From Candidatus Acidiferrum sp. (lineage in GTDB: Bacteria > Acidobacteriota > Terriglobia > Acidiferrales > UBA7541): 64,000 nucleotides of DNA. Position numbers and translations under genes: made by a program. The notes under the pieces were generated by a model. It did no database searches. It was not told the DNA's origin and worked only from the letters and a program-made list of their open reading frames with translations. This document shows, one piece after another, positions 1-9,715 of the stretch. Each line of letters starts with the position of its first letter. The first letter of the stretch is position 1. The stretch lies in contig DASYJM010000033.1 of the NCBI GenBank assembly GCA_035996445.1, positions 36,890 through 100,889 on the forward strand. Reading direction: 5' to 3'.

Positions 1-1
1 A

Positions 2-1852
2 GTCGCGGCCAGCGGCGAAGCCGCAACTACCCTGGACGAAGAAACGCAAAAATTTATCACCCAGTCCCTCACCGATGTCGACCTGTTTGCCAGTTACGGC
101 CTCACCCAGAAAGCTATCGGATTACTCGAAGCTATTTTGCGGCGCGCACCCCGTCACACTCCGACACTTGAGAAACTTTTGGATTTTGTTCTCACTGCGG
201 CAGATGACCGGCGTACCGCGGAACTTGCTGCTCGCCTTGAAAAGCTTCATACCGAACGAGGGGATCAGCGCGGCGCCGAACGATTTGGTGAATTGCGCCG
301 CCGCTTCCAGCGCTCGGCGGGTATAACGGATGAAGAGCTGGCTGCCGCCTGCGAAGCCGCTTTAACAGAGCGCTCGCATGCCCCCGCCGAATCCACGGAC
401 ATCGAAAGCGATGAATTTCCCACGTTCGAAATCGCGCCCGAACCCACGGCTGTGGAAGATGACGCTGAGATTTTGGAATTTTCGTCTCCCGCTCCGGTGG
501 AGGCAGCATCCCAACATTCCGGCTCGGGTCCACACGATGTACAAGAAGTGGATTTGTCCGACGAATGGTTGTCGGTCCTAAAGGAAGCCGAACCCGGGCA
601 CCCTGGCGCGGGAAATGCCGGAGCCGATGCGGTTGCACATGCCAAGGAAGCTACAGAGCCCGAAACTGTCGGCCATAAAACGGGCGCCGGCGACAGTTCC
701 GCATCCCCCGCTGAATTTGAAATCACTGCCGAGCCAGTGACTGCTGAAGAACATGCGGATGCATCTTCGTTGCAAGGCCTTTTGGAATCCGGGCAGCCAT
801 TGCCATCCGTTCCTCCTCCGGACATGCCTGCGTATGCTGAATTCCAGGTCTCTCCGCAGGAAACCCCAGCCGAAACAAGCGAACCGGCAATCACTGCTCC
901 TCAGGAAACACAAATTTTCGCCGCGTCAGCAACTCCGGTCGAACAAATTCCGTTGCCGGAAGAAATCAGCGTCCCTGGGCCTGTGGCGCAGGAAGCCACG
1001 CCCCCCGCAAAAGAGAAAGTTCCGGAGTTGGCTGCAGTTGAACAGAGCCATGTACCTGCGAAAACGAGTGAGCCAGAACGAGAGTCTGAATTCGAACTGG
1101 AGCAGGATTACGACCTGATTCTGGAACCCGAAGAACTGGTGCCGGCCCACAGCCAAAAACCTCCCGATATTCCCATGGAGGTTCACGCGGCCGAGTCGGA
1201 TGCAGATCCCGAACACGCGCACGCCGGGCGAAATTCCGGTGGACCGCCTGCCGGCAGCGATTTTGCCTCTGATCACTTCCTTGCGGACCTCGCCAATGAG
1301 ATCGAAGATCTGGGCATGGGTGGCCTGACACCGTCTTACTCGAAGGCCGCAACAGAGGCGCCCATCAAGAACATCGACCAATCGAATCTCAGTGACTCCG
1401 GGCCTTTGAAAGAAGTCTTTGACGAGTTCCGCGCCGAGCTCGGCGAGATGGGCTCGGACGATGAGGATTTGGAAACACACTACAATCTGGGCACTGCTTT
1501 CCGCGAGATGGGTTTGCTTGAAGAAGCCATCAGTGAATTCCAAAAAGTGGCCAAGGCCAACGAGCGTGGCCGTCCTTTCCGCTACGCCATGCAGTGTTGC
1601 ACGCTCCTCGGTCTCGCGTTCATGGAGAAAGGCCAGCCGGGCATCGCGGCCATCTGGTATGAGCGTGCACTTGAGACTCCCGGCGTCGAACCGGAAAGCA
1701 TCCTCGCCTTGCGGTATGATTTGGGCATTGCCCAGGAATCGGCTGGCGAGCCCGAAGCGGCGCTAAAAAGTTTTTCCAAGGTCTATGCGATGAATATCGA
1801 CTATCGCGATGTGGCCGAACGCATTGCCGCTCTTCAGAAGCCCAGCCGCTGA
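2..1852 (+). CDS. TPR-containing protein with long acidic/Pro-rich linker (5'-partial)
   Basis: The frame of ORF 137..1852 is open back to base 2. It has an E/P/A-rich low-complexity middle and C-terminal TPR-like helices (ETHYNLGTAFREMGLLEEAISEF...LRYDLGIAQE). Confidence 0.8.
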   Translation, partial: VAASGEAATTLDEETQKFITQSLTDVDLFASYGLTQKAIGLLEAILRRAPRHTPTLEKLLDFVLTAADDRRTAELAARLEKLHTERGDQRGAERFGELRRRFQRSAGITDEELAAACEAALTERSHAPAESTDIESDEFPTFEIAPEPTAVEDDAEILEFSSPAPVEAASQHSGSGPHDVQEVDLSDEWLSVLKEAEPGHPGAGNAGADAVAHAKEATEPETVGHKTGAGDSSASPAEFEITAEPVTAEEHADASSLQGLLESGQPLPSVPPPDMPAYAEFQVSPQETPAETSEPAITAPQETQIFAASATPVEQIPLPEEISVPGPVAQEATPPAKEKVPELAAVEQSHVPAKTSEPERESEFELEQDYDLILEPEELVPAHSQKPPDIPMEVHAAESDADPEHAHAGRNSGGPPAGSDFASDHFLADLANEIEDLGMGGLTPSYSKAATEAPIKNIDQSNLSDSGPLKEVFDEFRAELGEMGSDDEDLETHYNLGTAFREMGLLEEAISEFQKVAKANERGRPFRYAMQCCTLLGLAFMEKGQPGIAAIWYERALETPGVEPESILALRYDLGIAQESAGEPEAALKSFSKVYAMNIDYRDVAERIAALQKPSR

Positions 1853-1888
1853 CGCCTGGATGTTCGATTAGGCGGAGACCCCTCAGTC

Positions 1889-2134
1889 ATGAATCGTGTG
1901 TTACGCGCGTTATTGATTATTTTATGTTTTGAGATGGGCGCTCTGCTGCTCTATCTTCCATGGACGAACTTCTGGGAACAAAACTATTTTCTAAGCCACT
2001 TTCCTTCGCTTCTGCCGGTGCTCTTGCATCCGTCCGTTCGCGGCTTCGTTAGCGGCATAGGGGTGCTGGATATTTTTTTGGCCTTTGGTCTGATCCGTCC
2101 GCGACCCGATACTCCCCGTGTCCCCTCCCAGTAA
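1889..2134 (+). CDS. small membrane protein, unknown function
   Basis: 81 aa with ATG start, two hydrophobic segments, lying in the same direction between the TPR gene and thiE. Confidence 0.65.
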   Translation: MNRVLRALLIILCFEMGALLLYLPWTNFWEQNYFLSHFPSLLPVLLHPSVRGFVSGIGVLDIFLAFGLIRPRPDTPRVPSQ

Positions 2135-2816
2135 ATTGCCGCGCACACCGATTCTTTGCTATGTCACCGATCGAAAGGGTCTGACTTCTGGTGATAACGA
2201 TCAGAAGCAGGCGCTACTCAAGCGCGTCGCTGCTGCTGCCGCCGCCGGCGTCGATTGGATTCAGATGCGGGAAAAGGATCTCTCAGGCAAGGAGCTTTCT
2301 TCTCTTACTTGTGACGCCGTTGCGCAAACGAAACAAATAAATGAGCGCAGCACCAAAGCTACGCGAATCCTTGTGAACGAACGTTTCGACGTGGCTTATT
2401 CTGAACGCGCTGGTGGAGTACATCTCGGCGAGCATTCTTTGCCTGTCGCCGATGTTTGCAAATGGCTCGCGGCAAAGCAGGACCTCGCCGAACGTAACAA
2501 ATTTCTAGTGGGAGTTTCTTGCCACTCGGTTCAGGCCGCGGCGACCGCGGCACGCAATGGCGCGGATTACATTTTCTTCGGCCCGGTCTTTGCAACGCCG
2601 TCTAAAGCACGGTTCGGGGCTCCACAAGGCCTGCAGCGACTTGCCGAAGCCTGTAGCGCCGTATCGATTCCGGTGCTGGCCATCGGCGGTGTTACTCTCA
2701 ATAACGCTTCCGATTGTTTCGCCGCGGGATCTGGAGGCATCGCCGCCATGCGGCTCTTTCAAGAGGCTGAAAATCTCGCAGCTCTCGTCACCCAGTTGCG
2801 TGCCAAGTCCGCCTAG
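2118..2816 (+). CDS. thiE: thiamine-phosphate synthase (ThiE/TenI family)
   Basis: Motifs VDWIQMREKDL, GGVHLG, GVSCHS, DYIFFGPVFATPSK and VLAIGGVT. Confidence 0.9.
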   Translation: MSPPSKLPRTPILCYVTDRKGLTSGDNDQKQALLKRVAAAAAAGVDWIQMREKDLSGKELSSLTCDAVAQTKQINERSTKATRILVNERFDVAYSERAGGVHLGEHSLPVADVCKWLAAKQDLAERNKFLVGVSCHSVQAAATAARNGADYIFFGPVFATPSKARFGAPQGLQRLAEACSAVSIPVLAIGGVTLNNASDCFAAGSGGIAAMRLFQEAENLAALVTQLRAKSA

Positions 2817-2827
2817 GACTTACAGCA

Positions 2828-3358
2828 CTACATCGGGATCACGTGTGGATCGTTAGTTGAAACTGTTTTGCCGTTTTTGTCCGTAGGTAGCACCTTATAA
2901 GAGTAGTCTTGATATTGAGTTGCATTAGCGCCAACGGTTTGAATATCGGTCACTTGCTTATGCCGTTTGTCATTACTTGTATCTGGCTTCGACGGAAATT
3001 TTGCCTGTCCCGATTCGAATAAACTGGTAGTCTTCGCAGCAGCTGTATCATCGAATTGCACTGTGAACTTCAAATTGTCTTCATACGTAAACCAAAGAAC
3101 CTTATCGCCCTTACAAAGAAAAATATACTGGTCTACCGGCGCTACGTTGCCGCTTTTGACCTCCACTTCCACCGTTTTATCCGGGTTGTGTGGGCATGCG
3201 ACATACTCCAGGTTGTAGGAAGTTTTCTTCCGGCCCGATTCGGTTTGTTTGTCTTTTTCGGATTCTGGTTTGTTCAAATCACAGCCGTAACTCATCATCG
3301 CCAAGGCCGCGAGGAATCCAATAAATGCAGCCATTCTCCAAACTCCCTTGCTGGTCAT
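2828..3358 (-). CDS. secreted/possible lipoprotein, beta-rich, C-terminal NDPHVIPM tail
   Basis: 176 aa. Hydrophobic N-terminus ending SYGC (imperfect lipobox). Its start overlaps the kinase stop by 4 nt (ATGA). Confidence 0.75.
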   Translation of the reverse strand: MTSKGVWRMAAFIGFLAALAMMSYGCDLNKPESEKDKQTESGRKKTSYNLEYVACPHNPDKTVEVEVKSGNVAPVDQYIFLCKGDKVLWFTYEDNLKFTVQFDDTAAAKTTSLFESGQAKFPSKPDTSNDKRHKQVTDIQTVGANATQYQDYSYKVLPTDKNGKTVSTNDPHVIPM

Positions 3359-6012
3359 GAAGTCTTTCCTTTCTTATGCTCTTGCGCAATCAGGGCCCTG
3401 AACCGTGGATCGTTCCCTAACACCAAAAAATTGGGGGTATCCCGCACACCTGCTGCCGGGTATCCCGCGGCGACTGCGCGTTCCAACTTTTCCAGCGATT
3501 TTTTCTGATCGCCGGCCTGCACGTAAACCATGGCGGCGTAGTACAACACTTCTGGATCGCCGGGCGCCAACTTTTCAGCCTCTCCAATCCGAAGCTGCGC
3601 TTTTTGCTTTTCGCCCAGCATGGCGTGGTATTCCGCCAGGTAGCTCAACATGTGCGCATCTCGCGGATTGACTCTACGCTGTTCCTCGCCGAGCTCTAGC
3701 GCCTTGCGGTAAGCGCCCCCAGCGCGGTCGCGCATTCCGGGCGCCCAATAGTACGCGTCGCCCAGGTTCCCCCAGATTTCGTAATTCTTGGCATCCAGAG
3801 TCGTGGCCTCTTCGAGCGAGCGTGCCGCATCCGTGTAACGCCGCGATTGAAAATAAGCGGTAGCCAGGTTCGACATTCCACTCCCGGTTTTGCGAATCTT
3901 CAACGATTGTTCTAATGGCTCAACGGCATCGCCGTAGCGCCCTTGCTGGATGCGCGTACTGCCCAGGTTTGCAAACCCAACGAAGCTGTCCGGAACCAGC
4001 GACGTGACTTGCGTATACATCTGCGCCGCTTCCTCCAGCCTTCCATTCCGCAAGTAAAAGGTGCCCAGCCGGTTGTATCCAGCCCAGTAATCCGGCCGCA
4101 ATGCGATTACCGCCTTGTAGGATTGCTCGGCTTCCTCTAAACGGTTGAGACTCTCATAGGCGCGCGCCAACCCAGTTTGCGCGGCGTCCAGCGTCGGTTC
4201 ACTTTTCGAAGCTTGCTGATATTCTCTGACAGCCGACTCGTATTTTCCGGTGCCCTGATATACCCGTCCGAGGCACGTATGCCCCTGCGTCAGGCTTGGA
4301 TCTTTCTCCAGCGCAACCTGACAGGCCTTGGTCGCCTCGGCTACTAAATGTTTCTCGTGGGTGTGCTCGAATTTTTGCCAGTATGCTTCGCCCAAACCTG
4401 CGTACGCGCCCGCGAAGCCGCTGTCTTTTTCAAGTGCGTGGCGAAATACGCTGATGGCGTTATCGATATTTTCTTCCTTGTCATAATTCTGCAAATAGCC
4501 CAGGCCACGCAAATAGAAATCGTAGGCAGCCGGTTCGGACGTGCCGCGAGCCGACAATGTTTTCTTTTCCTGAGGCTCTAACTCCAGTCTTAAAAGCTCC
4601 GTCACTCTCGCGGAAACCTGATCCTGCAGCGCAAAGGGATCGGACGCGGCTGCCGTAATGGTCCCGCCGCGAAGCTGTTCATGCGAACGTGCATCTACGA
4701 GGGAATAATTGACGCGCACTTGTCCGGCAGCCCGCTGGATATTCAACATTAATCCGTAATTCACCCCGAACTCTTGGCGCGCAGCTTCCAAGGTTTGCAC
4801 GTGATGCGCGCGCATTTCGCTCGTAGGAATCACGGCCAGGTGGTGGCGTTCGGATAATTCCGTCAAACCGGAAGTAAGGGTGTCCACCAGACCGCTGTTG
4901 AACGCTCCCGCACTCGCCTGGGAATTCGTATCATTCGTATCCGGCGTATTAGAGCAAATTACCGCGAGCTGCACCCGCCCTCCCGCAGCTTCGGTGGCGC
5001 TCTTCGTTACGTTTTGGGATCTTTTTGCCAGCCACAGTGCACCCGCTGTGACCAGCGCCAGCACAGCGGCAGCGGCCACCCAGCGGGTAAATCTAGATTT
5101 CTGGTTTTCACTGACGGAGGAGACGATACCCACCGAAGATGACGGTTCCAGTGCCTCCAGCGCGGCGCGCACTTCGCCTGCTCGTTGATATCTCCGCGAC
5201 GGCTCTTTCTCAAGACACCGGCGAATCACCGCCGCTAGCCCAGGAGGCACCGTTTCGGGCAGCGCCGGAATTGGCTCATTGATGATGCCGGTGCAAAGAC
5301 GATAAAGATTGTCCCCGGTGAATGGCTTTACTCCCGCAGCCATCTCATAGATGACGACTCCAAGCGCCCAGATATCGCTCCGGGCGGATGCGTCGCTGCC
5401 CTCGAGCTGTTCTGGCGACAAGTACGGCATCGTTCCCGCCAAGCCTACGGTTGTGGCCGTCGCCGCTTGCAACGACTTGCGAGTTACATCATTTGGATCC
5501 GTTCGCTTGGCAAGTCCGAAATCGAGAATTTTCGCGTCACCGTCCGGCGTAATTACAATATTCAACGGCTTCAGATCCCTGTGAATTACACCGCGCGCGT
5601 GTGCATGCTCCAAAGCTCCGGCGATTTGGCGTGCGTATCTCACTACGCTTGACGTAGACATCCGGCCGTCCCGAATCGCTTCGGACAGCGGCCGGCCCTC
5701 GACAAACTCCATGGCGATAAACATCTCGCCCTGTTCTTCGGCCACTTCGTAAATGGTGCAGATGTTTGGATGATTCAGAGCGGAGGCGGTACGAGCTTCT
5801 TCTCGAAAGCGCTGCATTTGTTTCGGATCACGAACAATTTGAGGTGGGAGAAATTTTAGGGCGACGGTGCGGCCCAGCGTAGTGTCTTCAGCCCGATACA
5901 CCACACCCATTCCGCCGCTGCCCAATGGCTCCAAAAGCCGGTAATGCGACACCAAGGCGCTCGGCACAGGCACCGCCACGGGAGGAAACCAACACGCTTG
6001 CATACTTCGCAT
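3355..6012 (-). CDS. Hanks-type Ser/Thr protein kinase with TM, TolB-N-like domain and TPR repeats
   Basis: Motifs LGSGGMGVVY, VALK, IHRDLKPLN, DFGLAK and GTMPYLSPEQ, then a TM segment (WVAAAAVLALV) and multiple TPRs. Exact start is uncertain. Confidence 0.93.
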   Translation of the reverse strand: MRSMQACWFPPVAVPVPSALVSHYRLLEPLGSGGMGVVYRAEDTTLGRTVALKFLPPQIVRDPKQMQRFREEARTASALNHPNICTIYEVAEEQGEMFIAMEFVEGRPLSEAIRDGRMSTSSVVRYARQIAGALEHAHARGVIHRDLKPLNIVITPDGDAKILDFGLAKRTDPNDVTRKSLQAATATTVGLAGTMPYLSPEQLEGSDASARSDIWALGVVIYEMAAGVKPFTGDNLYRLCTGIINEPIPALPETVPPGLAAVIRRCLEKEPSRRYQRAGEVRAALEALEPSSSVGIVSSVSENQKSRFTRWVAAAAVLALVTAGALWLAKRSQNVTKSATEAAGGRVQLAVICSNTPDTNDTNSQASAGAFNSGLVDTLTSGLTELSERHHLAVIPTSEMRAHHVQTLEAARQEFGVNYGLMLNIQRAAGQVRVNYSLVDARSHEQLRGGTITAAASDPFALQDQVSARVTELLRLELEPQEKKTLSARGTSEPAAYDFYLRGLGYLQNYDKEENIDNAISVFRHALEKDSGFAGAYAGLGEAYWQKFEHTHEKHLVAEATKACQVALEKDPSLTQGHTCLGRVYQGTGKYESAVREYQQASKSEPTLDAAQTGLARAYESLNRLEEAEQSYKAVIALRPDYWAGYNRLGTFYLRNGRLEEAAQMYTQVTSLVPDSFVGFANLGSTRIQQGRYGDAVEPLEQSLKIRKTGSGMSNLATAYFQSRRYTDAARSLEEATTLDAKNYEIWGNLGDAYYWAPGMRDRAGGAYRKALELGEEQRRVNPRDAHMLSYLAEYHAMLGEKQKAQLRIGEAEKLAPGDPEVLYYAAMVYVQAGDQKKSLEKLERAVAAGYPAAGVRDTPNFLVLGNDPRFRALIAQEHKKGKTS

Positions 6013-6171
6013 CGTGCCGTTTGAGAGATAATTACTGCGGGCATCTTAGGCCGCTGTTAACCCGCAAGTCAACGCGCAGTTCATTGCGCCTTAACGTCTG
6101 CGTTGGCGGATCAAGTATCTGCATGTCGATGGGATTCGGTACTGTCGAAAAGGCAGCAGATAAACCGCAAT

Positions 6172-7284
6172 TCAAGCGCTAAGCCAACGCCCTATCGGTT
6201 TCAACGATGCGGTGTGATCGCAGATCACTCGCAACGCCGCGGTAAGCGGAATTGCCAGCAACAATCCCATGCCGCCCCAGATCCATCCCCAAAACAGCAG
6301 CGCGATGGTGATGGACAATGCATTTAATCGCACCTTCTTGCCCACTAACGCCGGCGCCAACAAATTATTCGCAAGCATATGAATCGCCAGCAGCACACCC
6401 GCGATCAGCGCGTAGGACGCCGCAGAGTGAAGTTTCGCAAGCGCAATCAGGAATGGCGGCAACCACGACAGGACCGCTCCAAAATAGGGAACCATATTCA
6501 GCAGTCCCGAAACGATACCCGTCAATACCGGGTAGTCCAATCCCAGGGCCCAGAAAAACACGCTGCTCGCGGCCATCACGATTAGCGTCATCAGCGACAT
6601 GCCCACCAGGTAGTCGCGCAGCACGTCGCGCAAATCTTCCAAAGTCTCCTTCACCCCTGTTCTTCGCGATACCGGAAATAATTGCAGGGTGCTGTGCCAG
6701 ACCTCCTGTTTTTCAGACAGCATAAAAAATACCAGGAAGGGAACGAACGTGACTTCCAGCACTAGCCCGGACAATGATCCGATAATGTGCACCACTGCCG
6801 CGCGCAAAGCATTTTCTACGCCGACAACTGTTTTGGAGGGTCCTTTCTGCTGGGCGGGCTGGGAAGCCTGCGAAGAAGTTTCGCTCTCACTTACCTGCCC
6901 TTCGATACCATTTAGCTTTGTTTCTACGGAATTCACCGCTTTCCTGAGTGTCCCGCTATATTTGGGCCAATTCGCCGCAAAGTCTGATGTCCGCGAATAC
7001 AATCCGTATCCCACTGCTCCCAGGACTCCAATCAGGAACAACACGGTAATCATCGATGCCAGCGTGCGTGGCATGCGCATTCTTTCCAAAAACTCCACGA
7101 CCGGATCCAGAAAATACGCAACTAGAATGGAGAGCAGCAGCGTAATAACCACGCTCGCGGCGTAATAGAGAAAAGTCAGAACAAGCGCCACCGCCAGGAG
7201 TTTAAGGCTGACGTTAGAAATTAAAATTCGAGGCTTGGTGCCTGGACTAGGGTGAGTTTCCGCGGTGGATAGAAGCGGCTCCAT
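6172..7284 (-). CDS. AI-2E family (PerM-like) transporter
   Basis: Multi-TM protein with motifs AYFLDPVV, LNMVPYFGA, NNLLAPALVG and WGWIWGGMGLLLAIP. Start set to ATG 7284 rather than 7377. Confidence 0.88.
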   Translation of the reverse strand: MEPLLSTAETHPSPGTKPRILISNVSLKLLAVALVLTFLYYAASVVITLLLSILVAYFLDPVVEFLERMRMPRTLASMITVLFLIGVLGAVGYGLYSRTSDFAANWPKYSGTLRKAVNSVETKLNGIEGQVSESETSSQASQPAQQKGPSKTVVGVENALRAAVVHIIGSLSGLVLEVTFVPFLVFFMLSEKQEVWHSTLQLFPVSRRTGVKETLEDLRDVLRDYLVGMSLMTLIVMAASSVFFWALGLDYPVLTGIVSGLLNMVPYFGAVLSWLPPFLIALAKLHSAASYALIAGVLLAIHMLANNLLAPALVGKKVRLNALSITIALLFWGWIWGGMGLLLAIPLTAALRVICDHTASLKPIGRWLSA

Positions 7285-7510
7285 GCACGAAACGGTAACA
7301 TATCCCTCAAACCCTGGTTGCACAGATTGTGCGCTCAAATCACAATCCCACCTTGCTGGACCGCGCACAAAAACCAATCAATGGACAAAGGCGGATTCTT
7401 ATCCTGGCACCGTGATAACGGCGTGCTAAACTTTTTTGACCGGGTGTTCGGCCCACAGCATTCGGTAAGCCTTTTTGGGTCTCGTATTCCGCTATCGAGC
7501 AATTTCCCTA

Positions 7511-8860
7511 ATGCCTAAATCACTCTTTGGCACCGACGGTATTCGCGGCATTCCGGGCACCCCGCCGCTCGACGATGCCACCTTGTTTGCCACCGGGCAC
7601 GCTCTCGGCGCTGATTTGCATCACGAACATTCCGCCGCCCGCGTTCTTATCGGCATGGATACCCGCGAATCTGGGCCGCACATTGCCGCCGTTCTTGCCG
7701 CCGGCCTCTCCGAAGCGCGCGCTTCGGTGGCTTTCGCCGGCGTTATCACCACCCCAGGAGTCGCCTGCTTGGTCCGCCAGAATGATTTTGAAGCTGGAGT
7801 GGTAATCTCAGCCTCCCACAATCCCTTTCATGACAATGGCGTAAAACTTTTTTCTCACGCGGGGATGAAATTTCCCGACGCGACAGAAGAAGTGTTGGAA
7901 CTGGAAATAATCAAGCATCGCGATAAAAATAAATCCGCACACATCTCCGCGCCGGCGCTCGTCGCCGATCAGTCGTTGGACGCGGAATACCTTACCTATT
8001 TGCGAGAGCGGATCATACCGGGCGCGAAATTGAATGGATTTCGCATGGTGATGGATTGCGCCAACGGTGCAGCCTTTAAACTTGGTCCCGAACTATTTCG
8101 CTCTCTTGGCGCGGAGGTAATCTCCATCGGTGACTCCCCGGATGGCCGGAACATCAACGCTGGTTGCGGTTCGCTGCACCTCGAAGGGCTTCGTAAACGC
8201 GTTCTTGCGGAAGGAGCCACTCTTGGGGTGGCTTTCGATGGCGATGCCGACCGGGCGCTATTTGTTTCCGCCGGTGGGCAAATCGTCAATGGCGATGGGG
8301 TCATGCTGGCCGTTGCACGCTATCTTAAATCTCAAAATAAGCTCAAAGGCAACCGGGTCGTCGGAACCTCGATGTCTAATTTAGGCTTGGAACGTGTGTT
8401 GTACGCGGAAAGCATCGCTCTAGCGCGTACCGACGTAGGTGATCGCTACGTCCTCGAAGAAATGTTACGCAGCGGGAGCGTGCTGGGCGGCGAGCAGTCC
8501 GGCCACATCATCTTCCTGGGCGACAGCCCGGCCGGCGATGGTCTACTAACCGCCCTCAAGATTGCTTCACTGGTTTCCATGAATGGCGGTCTCGCGGACT
8601 TAACCAAGGGATTGAAGGACTATCCGCAGACCATCGTGAATGTGAAGGTTCGTTCCAAACCTCCGCTCGATTCGCTCCCAGAGGTTTCGCGGGCCCTGTC
8701 CGACGCCAACACGGCGCTGGGCCAAAGTGGACGCATAGTTCTTCGATACTCGGGTACGGAGCCTCTCGCACGGGTAATGGTAGAAGCCGAACACGATTCG
8801 GATGTGCAACGGTTCAGTCAATCGCTGGCAGATGCTGTCCGTGCCTCTATCGGCGCGTAA
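7511..8860 (+). CDS. glmM: phosphoglucosamine mutase
   Basis: Motifs FGTDGIRG, VISASHNP (phospho-Ser loop), AFDGDADR, GGEQSGH and RYSGTEP. Start at ATG 7511. Confidence 0.95.
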   Translation: MPKSLFGTDGIRGIPGTPPLDDATLFATGHALGADLHHEHSAARVLIGMDTRESGPHIAAVLAAGLSEARASVAFAGVITTPGVACLVRQNDFEAGVVISASHNPFHDNGVKLFSHAGMKFPDATEEVLELEIIKHRDKNKSAHISAPALVADQSLDAEYLTYLRERIIPGAKLNGFRMVMDCANGAAFKLGPELFRSLGAEVISIGDSPDGRNINAGCGSLHLEGLRKRVLAEGATLGVAFDGDADRALFVSAGGQIVNGDGVMLAVARYLKSQNKLKGNRVVGTSMSNLGLERVLYAESIALARTDVGDRYVLEEMLRSGSVLGGEQSGHIIFLGDSPAGDGLLTALKIASLVSMNGGLADLTKGLKDYPQTIVNVKVRSKPPLDSLPEVSRALSDANTALGQSGRIVLRYSGTEPLARVMVEAEHDSDVQRFSQSLADAVRASIGA

Positions 8861-9192
8861 GCAACTCCGTCCTCTCGCAATTGAGTAGTCTCACGTGGTC
8901 CACAACTGGCCATCTGCTGAGTATTGCGCACAGATTAGTAAACTGGATTTCGCGAAATACACGAGCGCGAAGAAGCACGGAAATAACGATATTGTGAGTT
9001 TTGTCGTGAAAAAATTCATCACTGATTAAGGGCTTTCAGGTTTGAGCTGTTCCCAAACACCATAGAAGCCACTCGAAATTCTGTGAGATTTTGTAGGTTC
9101 TCGGGTGTTGTCACCGCTCTTTACGAAGCGCTTACTGAGCTAACGACGGTGTTTTCAACGAGTTTGGATTCAAATTTTTGTCGAGTGTTCGC

Positions 9193-9208
9193 TGGCACAA
9201 CAGTTGCT
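9193..9208 (+). promoter_or_regulatory. sigma-54 (-24/-12) promoter
   Basis: TGGCACAACAGTTGCT fully matches TGGCAC-N5-TTGCW. An IHF-like ATTCAAATTTTTG lies at 9168-9180. Confidence 0.75.
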
Positions 9209-9218
9209 CTTCTCTTGG

Positions 9219-9326
9219 CAACTTTAAAAAGATTGGCTTCCCGGGGTGGCCGGACCCGAACCTCGACTCGGTTTCCGGTTTTGGGGCGTCAATTTAAGAA
9301 GGGGGCTTGCACCAGCCCCCTTTTTT
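9219..9326 (+). ncRNA. candidate ~108-nt small RNA
   Basis: Lies between the sigma-54 promoter and an intrinsic terminator. Contains no ATG. Long stem-loop 9232-9293. Confidence 0.6.
9296..9326 (+). terminator. intrinsic terminator
   Basis: GGGGGCT-tgcacc-AGCCCCC followed by T6. Confidence 0.85.
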
Positions 9327-9532
9327 CATTTCTGATCTATTCCGCGATTCAAGGTCTGTCGGCCCAAAACCCGGCAGGGTTTACTTTCCGTTTCTGAATG
9401 TGGGTCGTTTTAGCGACCGAGTCCAGACTTAATATCCCGAACCCAAATCTATGCAGAATTACACCACGTCGGAATGACGCAGAGGTTTGATGTGAACGTC
9501 CCAGATTGCTTGACGCCAGGGAAAGGTACCCG

Positions 9533-9568
9533 AAAAAGGTGAGCGGCCGGTGGGGGTTCCGGCCGCTC
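9533..9568 (-). terminator. intrinsic terminator-like hairpin (minus strand)
   Basis: Perfect 10-bp stem GAGCGGCCGG/CCGGCCGCTC with an 8-nt loop, followed on the minus strand by ACC-TTTTT. Confidence 0.65.
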
Positions 9569-9715
9569 GGGCGTGGGGATGGAGGGAAACGTAATCCGAA
9601 GCTGTTCTTAACTTCCCGTCGCTATGCTGCGCTCGCGAGCAGCATCACGGCACACAGGAGCAGCCTTAACTGCTCCGGAAGTCGCGATCAACTTCCGATC
9701 ACAGTTGCGATTGTG
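9533..9715 (-). ncRNA. candidate structured RNA (5' end undefined)
   Basis: Three consecutive 7-bp stems (9624-9697), a C-rich tract TCCCTCCATCCCCA and a terminal hairpin. No credible ORF. Confidence 0.35.

Noticed and set aside
8861-9190. glmS ribozyme after glmM
   Set aside because: No AGCGCC...GACGAGG-type core and no glmS gene follows.
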